This document shows positions 26,321 to 36,000 of a stretch of DNA of 40,732 nt, one piece after another. The notes beneath the pieces are model-generated. The model saw only the letters and a program-made list of their open reading frames with translations, was not told the origin of the DNA and did no database searches. The position numbers and the translations under genes are program-made. The stretch is from an uncultured virus (IMG/VR IMGVR_UViG_3300021400_005597) (Duplodnaviria > Heunggongvirae > Uroviricota > Caudoviricetes), in the IMG/VR virus record IMGVR_UViG_3300021400_005597, one strand, 5' to 3'. The first letter of the stretch is position 1. Every line of letters starts with the position of its first letter.

Positions 26321-26521
26321 TTAATGTCTTGATTTCTTTCTTTTAACTGCTTTAATAATTTTAGGTTCATCAATAGCATATTCTAGGGATTTTTTCTCTC
26401 TTATCTCGTCTCTTTGCTTAATATAGGCGTTTCTCTCTGAATTGTATTCTTTACAGGTGGAATGACAGCCTACAAATCGTTTAGTACAGTTTTTGCAGGA
26501 AAATATTGCATTATTACTCAT
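26321..26521 (-). CDS. Small Cys-rich protein (CxxCxxRxxGCHxxC)
   Basis: Own promoter motif and terminator (26295-26315). Confidence 0.75.
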   Translation of the reverse strand: MSNNAIFSCKNCTKRFVGCHSTCKEYNSERNAYIKQRDEIREKKSLEYAIDEPKIIKAVKRKKSRH

Positions 26522-26621
26522 AGATATACCCTCTCTTTTGAATAAAGATTGTAAAAGTTACATCTATATATGTAAAATAAAAAAGACATATTTTTATGCC
26601 TTTTTATAAAACTATGTTATT

Positions 26622-27167
26622 TTACAGAAGGTCTAAATCATTATGGTCTATACTATTATCAATCTCCATAATTTCTTTACAACTATGCTTGATAATTTCG
26701 GCACTTAATAATTTACCCACTCTTTCTCTTTGGATTTCTAAACGCCTAAAATCCTTTTCAAAGTCCTGATATTGGTAAATATCTGTATATCTTGAAGCTG
26801 TATATCCTTTATGTATTCTATTAAGATTATCCAAAGTTACATAATAAGCTTCTTTATTAGTGGCAATAGGACAAAATCTATTAACTTTTTGAGCAATAGG
26901 TGCGATATAATGCCCACTATCAATGTCATTTGGAACAATGGATTCATTTGGGAATAACTTTTGCAATTCTATTGCATAACCTTTATACATTCTTTCAAAG
27001 GTATTGGCTAACATCGCATATATTCCAGATGTAAATAGTTCTTTGTGGTTATAAATATGCTTTAATAATTTATAATCTTCTTCTGAATGCCACAAATACA
27101 TATTATTTACAGTAGTATCTGAACCCGGAACGGTTACAGTAAACTCTGTGCAAATATTAGAGATCAT
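26622..27167 (-). CDS. HEPN-domain-like protein, paralog of 12464..13009
   Basis: TFERMYKG ... SGHY ... IHKGYTASRY; start re-called to 27167 (AAGGAGG SD). Confidence 0.6.
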   Translation of the reverse strand: MISNICTEFTVTVPGSDTTVNNMYLWHSEEDYKLLKHIYNHKELFTSGIYAMLANTFERMYKGYAIELQKLFPNESIVPNDIDSGHYIAPIAQKVNRFCPIATNKEAYYVTLDNLNRIHKGYTASRYTDIYQYQDFEKDFRRLEIQRERVGKLLSAEIIKHSCKEIMEIDNSIDHNDLDLL

Positions 27168-27426
27168 AAATATAGACCTCCTTTGGCATGATAAAATCAT
27201 CTTTTTTGCATACACAGAAGATAATATTTTTATTTGTAAGGTATTCTGGTTTATCTGTTAAATCTATAAAATAATTAAAATTATCATCAGATGTTAAAAT
27301 ATAGATTTCAGATGTAGATAAAGATGCTACATTTTTAGGTACAATAATTGTACATGGCTTTTCTGCATCTTCTACGAATTTATTAAGAATGTTTATTCCA
27401 TTGTAATCGTTTAAATTATCAAACAT
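27157..27426 (-). CDS. Small partner of HEPN-like gene (degenerate MNT-like)
   Basis: Overlaps HEPN start; SEIYIL and KEVYIY resemble MNT SDIDL and KEGVxLY. Confidence 0.5.
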   Translation of the reverse strand: MFDNLNDYNGINILNKFVEDAEKPCTIIVPKNVASLSTSEIYILTSDDNFNYFIDLTDKPEYLTNKNIIFCVCKKDDFIMPKEVYIYDL

Positions 27427-27458
27427 TCTATTATTCTCCTTATTTTTATGATTGTGTG

Positions 27459-27716
27459 TTAGATGTAATAAACATCTCCTTGAGTCTTCTCTCTATCGGA
27501 GATAAAATCCAAAATCAAAAGATGGCTACCATCATTATAATCTTTAGCTGCATTTTTCTGAGTATCGGTTATATCGCCACTTATTTCAGCGAGTACATAA
27601 CCACTTCCGTCTTCTACGATTAGAGTATGAGCACCAACATTGCTAGCAACATTGCGGATTTCATTAAAACAGTTCTTTTCATCTTCATTGTAATTGTTTG
27701 GATATAATTTACTCAT
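27459..27716 (-). CDS. Small hypothetical protein
   Basis: Variant promoter motif upstream. Confidence 0.65.
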   Translation of the reverse strand: MSKLYPNNYNEDEKNCFNEIRNVASNVGAHTLIVEDGSGYVLAEISGDITDTQKNAAKDYNDGSHLLILDFISDREKTQGDVYYI

Positions 27717-27764
27717 ACTGTTCTCTTTTCTTACTATATATGTTAAATAAAAATTGAAAAAATT

Positions 27765-28160
27765 TTATATTATTTCTTTTTCATCGTCCATTGTTTTATA
27801 CGAAAGTTCCGTATATTCGGTTACGATATTTTGGGAAATAATGTCATATGTGAGTTGTTCTGTGAGTGTAAGGTTGGAATAGTTATCTTTTATAGCACTA
27901 TATACCATTAAAGCCATATCACCGTATGCATTTATAAAACGCCTTGCTATTTCATCAGCAGAGGTTTTTTCGTCTAACAGTTCCGGTCGTATGGCCAGCA
28001 TTTGGTACTTAAACGGGAAAGAATGATAGGTTTCATATAAATAATCATCTATCTGTTCAATGGCTAACTCATTAGGTATAAGTGCATATCTTGGTAAAAG
28101 GAAATTGCTCTTATCTTGCCATTCTATATGAGTGGCATAATGAGTATAGTGTTTATTCAT
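27765..28160 (-). CDS. Hypothetical protein
   Basis: Coupled to the upstream gene. Confidence 0.7.
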   Translation of the reverse strand: MNKHYTHYATHIEWQDKSNFLLPRYALIPNELAIEQIDDYLYETYHSFPFKYQMLAIRPELLDEKTSADEIARRFINAYGDMALMVYSAIKDNYSNLTLTEQLTYDIISQNIVTEYTELSYKTMDDEKEII

Positions 28161-28653
28161 CTTTTAGTCTTTCTTCTGTCAATAAAACGGCGTTTTTATA
28201 ACCATCTTCATATTTTTTCTTACACTCATCATATTCTTCGTCGTCCATATTGTCAATGAATGAGACACCAAGTTCATCTCTCTCAAGTTCTGCGTCAATC
28301 ATAATTGATGTGATGCTTTCCAAAATAACACGAACAGTATTATCATTTATATTTTCATCAAAATCAAAGTCCTGACCATTCTTAAATGACTCGACAAATA
28401 ATGGAATAATTTCAGTTAATTCACGATATTGTTTATTAGTAAGCAGGTCTTCATCATTGAGTCTGTCGGCCATACTATAAATGAATGAAGATAAAAGCTG
28501 CTCAGCAAACCAATCATAGCCGGTGATAAATTCAGCATCTCTGTCATTTAAGTAACCTTGGTAATAAGCATTTTCCTTATCCTTTTCCTGACTGCCCTTA
28601 GTGTTTTCATATAAAGGCTCAACTATTTTGTTTCTAATGTCTGGGATTATCAT
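28153..28653 (-). CDS. Hypothetical acidic protein
   Basis: AAGGAG SD. Confidence 0.75.
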   Translation of the reverse strand: MIIPDIRNKIVEPLYENTKGSQEKDKENAYYQGYLNDRDAEFITGYDWFAEQLLSSFIYSMADRLNDEDLLTNKQYRELTEIIPLFVESFKNGQDFDFDENINDNTVRVILESITSIMIDAELERDELGVSFIDNMDDEEYDECKKKYEDGYKNAVLLTEERLKDE

Positions 28654-28665
28654 ATAAACTCCTTC

Positions 28666-29031
28666 CTACCAGTTCTTTGGCATTGGGTATTTTTGTTCGT
28701 AAGCACTACGCTCCATATTATTCAATGTGAATTTGAACAATTTATATATGCCGTTATACTCTGTCATTGCTATCTCGCTTGGTTTCTTTTCAGGATAAGC
28801 AAGCCATGGGGGAAGTACATACTTAATATCCATCAGGTTTTCTTTTAATTCGCCATCTCTTTGGGATATTTTCTTTATGGTTTTGCGGTATTTTTCAAGG
28901 ATTTTTCTATCCTTGATTATATTTTTTGCTGTTTCTTTGTCTACTGATTTTAAATCAACCTCCTGACCTAAGTCATATGACTTGACAATGGTCATTATTT
29001 CGTCATAATTCTTTATAATCTCCGGTTTCAT
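28666..29031 (-). CDS. Hypothetical protein with PPWLAYP...YP.P..W motif
   Basis: AAGGAG SD. Confidence 0.7.
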   Translation of the reverse strand: MKPEIIKNYDEIMTIVKSYDLGQEVDLKSVDKETAKNIIKDRKILEKYRKTIKKISQRDGELKENLMDIKYVLPPWLAYPEKKPSEIAMTEYNGIYKLFKFTLNNMERSAYEQKYPMPKNW

Positions 29032-29078
29032 TAACTAACTCCTTACTATTTAATTGTTTTTTCTTATTCATATACTCC

Positions 29079-30701
29079 TTATCTGCCAAGTTCACGGTCA
29101 TCGTGGATATCTTCTATTTCTTCTGTGTTAAAGGCTGCGTAGTTCATACCTCTAAATCCATCAAGATGAATGTTTCCTATGGCTTTGAAATTGTTCTTAT
29201 CTGATAATTCATTTGGATCGTGGAAAAAGTGCATAATCTTATAACCGCCATCATCTTTTCTTGAATTATCAATAATTAAGTGGTTTTGTTCGGAACCGAC
29301 CATTTTTGCTTTATCAGAATGCATATCAATAATAATGCTGAAATATGGTACAGGGTTTCCTTCACCAAATGGGGCAAAACGCTCAACTACATCAAGCATA
29401 TTAGGGATTTCTGTCTTATCAATTTCCATTGATGGAATATGATATTTTTCTGTAGGTCTGTTAATTTTAAGCTGTGCTTGCTGTAATGCCTTGAGATTTT
29501 CTTTCTTTATGGATAATCCGGCAGCACCAGCATGTCCGCCATACTTATAAAGTAAAGAGTCGTTGCTTTGTAAATATTCAAAGATATTTACATCAGGAAT
29601 TGACCTTGCAGAGCCCTTATAGATGCCCTCTTCTTTTGAATCTGTTAATACTATGGCAGGTACATGATAATTTTCTGTTACCATACCGGCTAAAATACCA
29701 ACAATTCCCTCGTGAAGATTAGGTACATATATCCAGATTGGACAAGCATTGGTTTGGTTTGTGTTTTCAATCTGCTCTTTTACAAGTTCGTATTCACTAT
29801 CACGGATTGATTTACGCTCGTTATTATATTCAACGATTTTGTTCTTGCGTGCTTCATTAGGAGCGAAAAGATACTGTAAAATAAGATTTGGTCCATCATC
29901 AAATAAACGGCCCGCTGCATTAAATGCTGGTCCTAAATAATAACCGTATGTATCTTCATTAGCATATTCAGGCTGTTGTTTCATAGCTATTAAGAGTTCG
30001 TTTAGAGCAACAGGTGATGTTTTTCTTCTGAACTGTTCAATACTACGCTTTACTAGGCCCCAATTACCTTCAGTAAGTTTCATACAATCGGCTATAGTGG
30101 CAAGACCTGCATAACACTCAAATTCCTTTGCCAATGGCTTTGGAATAACCTGCTCGACTAATTTATAGGCTACTGCTGCACCGCACCAGTATTTACCGAT
30201 AAATGCTTCATTATGGCCATCTACTGTTGGGTTTAAGATCATATCGACATCAGGAAGTTTATTACTACCAAGTTCGTGATGGTCGGTTAAAAGGACTGTA
30301 TAACCAGATTTCTTTAAGTCTTCAAGTAACGGGGCTGCTGCTATACCATTATCGACAGTAATAATAACGCCACCCTTTGGTACTTTTTCTTTTATCTCGG
30401 ATATGATTGCCGGATTTATGCCATAACCTTCCGTGTGTCTTTTTGGGATACGAATAGAACATTTCTTGTCCGGATATTTTGTCTTAATGGCTTTTGACAT
30501 AATATATGATGCTGTAATACCATCACAGTCATAATCGCCTACAATAACAACATGCGATGTCTTATCGATATAATCCCAAAATTTAAGTACGGTGGCTGAG
30601 TCCATTAGAAACGGATCTTTTGCCCAACGGTCTAAATCTTCATTTGATACGGCAAGTTGTCCTAAAAGTTGTTTTTCTAATTCTTTCTGATGTCTGGTCA
30701 T
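29079..30701 (-). CDS. recJ: Single-stranded-DNA exonuclease RecJ (DHH/DHHA1)
   Basis: GDYDCDG, TVDNG, TDHH, TIAD, NAAGRL, GSARS, GGHAGAAG, PFGEGNP. Confidence 0.95.
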   Translation of the reverse strand: MTRHQKELEKQLLGQLAVSNEDLDRWAKDPFLMDSATVLKFWDYIDKTSHVVIVGDYDCDGITASYIMSKAIKTKYPDKKCSIRIPKRHTEGYGINPAIISEIKEKVPKGGVIITVDNGIAAAPLLEDLKKSGYTVLLTDHHELGSNKLPDVDMILNPTVDGHNEAFIGKYWCGAAVAYKLVEQVIPKPLAKEFECYAGLATIADCMKLTEGNWGLVKRSIEQFRRKTSPVALNELLIAMKQQPEYANEDTYGYYLGPAFNAAGRLFDDGPNLILQYLFAPNEARKNKIVEYNNERKSIRDSEYELVKEQIENTNQTNACPIWIYVPNLHEGIVGILAGMVTENYHVPAIVLTDSKEEGIYKGSARSIPDVNIFEYLQSNDSLLYKYGGHAGAAGLSIKKENLKALQQAQLKINRPTEKYHIPSMEIDKTEIPNMLDVVERFAPFGEGNPVPYFSIIIDMHSDKAKMVGSEQNHLIIDNSRKDDGGYKIMHFFHDPNELSDKNNFKAIGNIHLDGFRGMNYAAFNTEEIEDIHDDRELGR

Positions 30702-30762
30702 AAGGGTATTGTCCTTTCTACATATTATTAATATATGTAAAAATTATTTTTAAATTTGGGGT

Positions 30763-30793
30763 AAAAGAACTCATATATAAATATGAGCTCTTT
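30763..30793 (-). terminator. Intrinsic terminator
   Basis: AAAGAGCTCATAT...ATATGAGTTCTTTT. Confidence 0.75.
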
Positions 30794-30939
30794 CGAATAA
30801 TAATTTATATGCCAAAGATAGTCATATTGCGACTTGGTATTTGTAGAAAAATGGTCGTATATTGGCTATGTTTGTGTTGGATATGATGTGGATTTAAATT
30901 GGCGTGGAGAAAATAGTATATTATTCCTTATTATACTTT

Positions 30940-32001
30940 TTATAAATAGTCTTCATTCTTTTTCTGATAGATTTTAAGACCAATAAATGTGCCAATAATA
31001 ACTACTAAAAATACTCCGACGAAAACACCAAGTTTAATATACTGCTGTGTTTTATCAACAGGTTCTGGTCCAGAACTTTGTTCAACAATATTTGGTACAG
31101 AGATAGGTACATCTTCATCATCGATAAATTCTGTTTCGGTAAGGTCTGGTACTTCTTCAGTTTCTGTTACAGTTTCTTCTGAAACTTCTAATGCCACATT
31201 AGCTTCTTTTGCACCTATCCAATTAGTAAAGGTATTATAATTGTCATAACACCAATCTGATGTACCACGCATAACATATATTTCAAGTGGTGTATCACCA
31301 TTTGATAAAGTAACCCATTCTGTATCAAGATTGCTTTCGGTATAACCATTTTGAATGAAAGGTGATGTCTGTCCATCTAACGGAACAACAACATATTCCT
31401 GATACTGTGATATCGGATCGTCTTGATTAGAACGCATTTTATCTTTAGAAACTAATCTTGTAAACTGATAATCTCCATCTTCAAGATAGAACTCACTCTT
31501 TACAAGGTAAAAATCGTCCATATTGCCATACTGTTTGATATTGGCACGAAGATAATCAAAGTTAGCATCTTGTCCATCGCCATCAGAATAATGATACTCT
31601 TTAAGAGAGTTGACATACTCATGATGAAATACTATTCTGCCCTCTGTATCTTTCTGCCCGGAATCATAATTAAATGATGTATTTCTTGCATTAAAACCAA
31701 AATCAAGGTCAGAATCATTCTTAAGAGCTGTTGCTACAAAATGTGGGTTATTTTCTTCCTTGCCATCAACAGTAACTTTGGAATTCTCATTTTGCCATAA
31801 TTCCCATACTGTAACTCTGTTTGGTCCAGGGGAAAATTCATCTACACTAAAATATGTAATGTTATTTTCTCCATTTTTATCAAACACATCTGTTTCATAA
31901 TAAGAAGACTCTTCTTCGTAAGCAAAAGTCGTTACAGGTGTTAAAATTGCGGTTGTTAAAGCCAGAGTTCCAAGTAAAAGTTTATATTTATTCATTGACA
32001 T
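30940..32001 (-). CDS. Secreted, C-terminally membrane-anchored protein
   Basis: Signal peptide, acidic linker, C-terminal TM helix followed by KK. Confidence 0.8.
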   Translation of the reverse strand: MSMNKYKLLLGTLALTTAILTPVTTFAYEEESSYYETDVFDKNGENNITYFSVDEFSPGPNRVTVWELWQNENSKVTVDGKEENNPHFVATALKNDSDLDFGFNARNTSFNYDSGQKDTEGRIVFHHEYVNSLKEYHYSDGDGQDANFDYLRANIKQYGNMDDFYLVKSEFYLEDGDYQFTRLVSKDKMRSNQDDPISQYQEYVVVPLDGQTSPFIQNGYTESNLDTEWVTLSNGDTPLEIYVMRGTSDWCYDNYNTFTNWIGAKEANVALEVSEETVTETEEVPDLTETEFIDDEDVPISVPNIVEQSSGPEPVDKTQQYIKLGVFVGVFLVVIIGTFIGLKIYQKKNEDYL

Positions 32002-32468
32002 ACCCTCTCTTTACATTTTTTTAGTATTGACTGAATTAGTGCCACATATTCCTTTTCAGTTGCAAGTTCTGCTTTTTCTTTACAAAGAATAGCCAGATTG
32101 ATTGTGGTTTCATTCTCTTTTAGGTAATCAGGAAGTGCTGACTGTGTTAAATCGACAATAAATGGTTTAGTGTTGTATTTATCCGAAATATTGCCAACAA
32201 AAATACTGTGTCCTGAAATATCAGACGGAATAACCAATCCTGCTGCATAGAATGAGCGTTTTTGATTGTTTACAGTTACATAGTATATTTTATCTTCGCC
32301 TTCTACGATTTTTCTGAATTCATCAAAATGAATATTTAAGTTAAAGTCTGAAAAACAAGACTTAAGACCTAATATTTCATCAAGTGCTTCATCAGAAAAC
32401 AGAAAAGAAATATAATCAATCTTTCTGAAATCTTCTGGTGATAGTTTGTTATTATCAATATAGTGCAT
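31992..32468 (-). CDS. Hypothetical protein
   Basis: AAGGAG SD, promoter motif upstream. Confidence 0.7.
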   Translation of the reverse strand: MHYIDNNKLSPEDFRKIDYISFLFSDEALDEILGLKSCFSDFNLNIHFDEFRKIVEGEDKIYYVTVNNQKRSFYAAGLVIPSDISGHSIFVGNISDKYNTKPFIVDLTQSALPDYLKENETTINLAILCKEKAELATEKEYVALIQSILKKCKERVCQ

Positions 32469-32650
32469 TATTTAATTCTCCTTTAGATATGTTTGTTTAT
32501 AAACAGGTGTTCGTGTTTATAGTTATATATGTAAAATAATATTTTTTATTTACATAACAATATGTTGTATATGAGAAAAAATATAAGCACAATAAAAAAT
32601 ACCCCAAATGTTTGTTTGACATTCAGGGCATAATTTAACAAGTATTTTAA

Positions 32651-33037
32651 TTAGTTTTTAGGCACCCTATTTAATTTAAGCGTGATATATCTGTTGTTTT
32701 TAGGATATTTATACGCTATAAACACACCACGCAGATCGCAACAGGTAACCGTGATGAAAAACTGTTCTGAAAGTGTCCTTAAATACTTAAAGAAACTTAT
32801 TTTTAAGGCGAGTTTCCCATCAATTTGCAATAATTCGTAATACTTGTGTAAGTATTTACTTAAATTAATCACATAATCATCTTTAGACTGTTTCTCATAT
32901 TTAACATGTATTATTTTGTCTATCCTATACCTCTGCTTATTAGCATCATAAACACAGATATAGGATTGTGAACCAACAAAATATATTAAAGCCAATACGA
33001 TAATGTGAATTACTATGATTATAAAAAATAATATCAT
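32651..33037 (-). CDS. Small basic membrane protein
   Basis: N-terminal TM; ATGA-coupled to the giant surface protein. Confidence 0.7.
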   Translation of the reverse strand: MILFFIIIVIHIIVLALIYFVGSQSYICVYDANKQRYRIDKIIHVKYEKQSKDDYVINLSKYLHKYYELLQIDGKLALKISFFKYLRTLSEQFFITVTCCDLRGVFIAYKYPKNNRYITLKLNRVPKN

Positions 33038-36000
33038 TTTTCTTCTTTATCCTTTCGCTCTTTTCTCTTCTTTCCAAAGAATAATAACCAGAGGTTTATG
33101 TGGAAGAAATTAAGTAATACTAAATAAAGCGTGCCTACGCAAGGGACTGCAACTGCTCCCGTTATTGTAAGTGTTTTAATTGTCGGGTTTTTCCAAAGCA
33201 TTGTACCCCATGATACATTTTCTTCTCCTAAATATTCATCAGGGAAGACAAGATTAAGACTTGCATTTGTTAAATCAAGTACAGTATTTTTAATCTTTTC
33301 CTGCTGTGTATCTTTAATGGAAGCAGCAAGATCATTAGTATCATCATCTGAAGGAGCTACTGTAACACTTGTAATGATTTCAGCAGTAGTTTCTGCTATT
33401 TTCTTTGCAAGGTCTTCTTTCTTTTCTTTTGGTGTTATCTGCTTTGGTTCTTCTACTATAGGCGTAAATGTTGTTTCTGTAATATTTGATACACCGGCAG
33501 CAGGTGTTTCTTGTGGAGTTTCCTGCTTTGGTATTTCGGTTTTGGTTTCTTTGAATTGCGGATTGAGTGTGATACTGTCTTTATCTAATGCTATTGTCCA
33601 AGTATCGCCGATAAACTCTCCTACTTCATCAAAGATACGCTCATCACCTAAATACCAGCCGTCAAACTTATAAGAGTAAGTATAAGTGTCATCACTTGTT
33701 GTTTCCTTTGTAGGAATTGGAGCTTTGATATCTACTTTTTCATCGAAAACTACATTAAAAGTCTTATCGCCAAGTACAATACTATAGGTTAATGCTTCCC
33801 ATACAGGTTCTACTTCAATATCTTTTGAATATGTATAAGTTTCATTTACACAGTCGCCGTTTTCATCATAAATATAATCATCTGATGTGGTTAATTTATA
33901 ACCCTTAAAGATGTAACCATCTTTACTTGGGATTTCGCATTTGTTATATGCAAGGTCATAAATTGTCTCTATTTCATCTTCTGAATTTGTAAATGTAATT
34001 TTATATGTATTAGCATCGAAATGGTCTTTAAGGTCTATTTCTGTATCTGCAGGACCCATATCATAAAGCCATACATTACTTGTAAACTCTCCATCAGCAT
34101 TAAAGATTGCTGTATCAGTTCCAAGATAGTCAAAACTGTAACCCGAGAATGTATAACCATCTTTTGACATTGCATCAATATTATTTACACTCTCATTAAA
34201 GGTAACTGTTTCAGTTTTGTTTTTATCATATTTAAGCACATATGTCTTTGGTGTCCAAAGTATGTTAAATAAGGCGATATCATCTTCAATATATTGCCAT
34301 ACTTCCATTGTGGCTTCGCCATTTTCGTCCCAAATAAGATTGCCATTTCCATCTTCTATTCCACCAAAGATATATCCTTCTTTTTCAGGGATGAATGGTA
34401 AATCTTCGTAAACACTATCATAAGTTTCGCTTATTTCAATATTATGCTCAGTTTCTGTATCTGTTTCATAATCATACTCATTAGCATTAATAGTGCCTGT
34501 AATGGTATTTGGTGTAAATACTGATTTAATGATTACTTTTGTATTATTTATTGTTGGAAGCCAAAGGAATGTATTTTCGAGGCTCTCACCATTTTCATTC
34601 CAAATATGTTCCGCTTCACCATCATTTTTTGGATCAACAACATAGCCATTAAAGGTATATCCTCTTTTTTGTGGTACTGTTATATTGTCATAAGCAGCAT
34701 CATAAGAGAATGTTTCGGAGTCTACTGTAAATGTATAATTGTCATACTCGCCTACAACTGTGCTAGTTTCTTTATCACTTGTTTCTGTATAGATATCTGC
34801 ATCAACATCATCATGGATAAATCTTGCAACAACATCGAATGTGCCAGTATAACTTTCAGTATTCCAGTCAAGGCCATCGTCCCAAATCCAGTTATTAGAG
34901 AAGTAAGTTAAAGTATCGTTAACTTCATCATAATCTGCAATTAGGGTGTCTGTTCCAGCAATATAATAGCCATCTAATGTAAGACCAGGTTCGTTAATGT
35001 TATCAAGACTTAATGTAAATGGAGCATCAAAGGTTACTGTATCGGTTGCTGAATAATTATAACCAGACGGCAGATTTTCAGTATCAATTACACCATCTTC
35101 GTTATAATCAAGACCGATGTTAACAGTAAACTCTTTAGGCTCATAGATTTTATAAACATTAAGTTCTGATGCATCTGTGCCGGCATTATATTGCCATGTG
35201 TTATTTACAGCGTTAGCATTTCTATCCCATAAAAGAGTGCCATTATCAAGGCTTGTGGTATATCCTTCAAAAGTATAACCCTCTTTATATGGTGGTCTTT
35301 CAATATTTTCATATGCTTCGTCATATTTAACAGCTATACTATTTGGTAATGTGCTATCTGATACAGATGTGCTGTTGTAATGAACTGTATAGTCATTACT
35401 ATGGTATCTGACATATACTGTTCTATCACCTTCAAAGTCATATGTACTCTCACCTGTTGGTGTACCATCTGTATTAAATATCTTTGTGCCATCAGCTAAG
35501 AACCAACCATCAAATGTATAACCTTCTTTGTCAGGAACACTAGCCACTTTATCTGACGGAATAGCATAATCTTCATCAAAGGTTACATCAAGTTCCAATG
35601 TTGGATCATTATTTTCGTTTGTGTTGTAATATACCGTATAATCGTTAGGCTCATACTTCTTATAAACGCTTATACCTGAATTGTCAGCACCAAGAGTGAA
35701 GTCAAGTACATCTCTTGTCTTTTCACCGTTAGTATTATAAATTTGCTGTTCTTCATTATTAGCATCTTTGAAGTAATAACCAAGTGATGTATAGCCATAT
35801 TTATGTGGCTGTGTGCCTATATACGGATATGCCTGATTAAAGGTTGCAATATTATACTGTAAGATTTTGTCCTCAGGAATATCAATCTGCATTCCATTTA
35901 CGCCATAATCAGTATGAGTATTGCCGGCAGTTCTTATTTCACCCAAATGTGTAGTTAATGGTAAATATACTGCGTTATAACAAATAAGTGGATAGAAAAA

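Noticed and set aside
30808..30917. Plus-strand coding-like fragment (VEKWSYIGYVCVGYDVDLNWRGEK*)
   Set aside because: No start or SD and broken frame; at most a gene remnant, not supportable.
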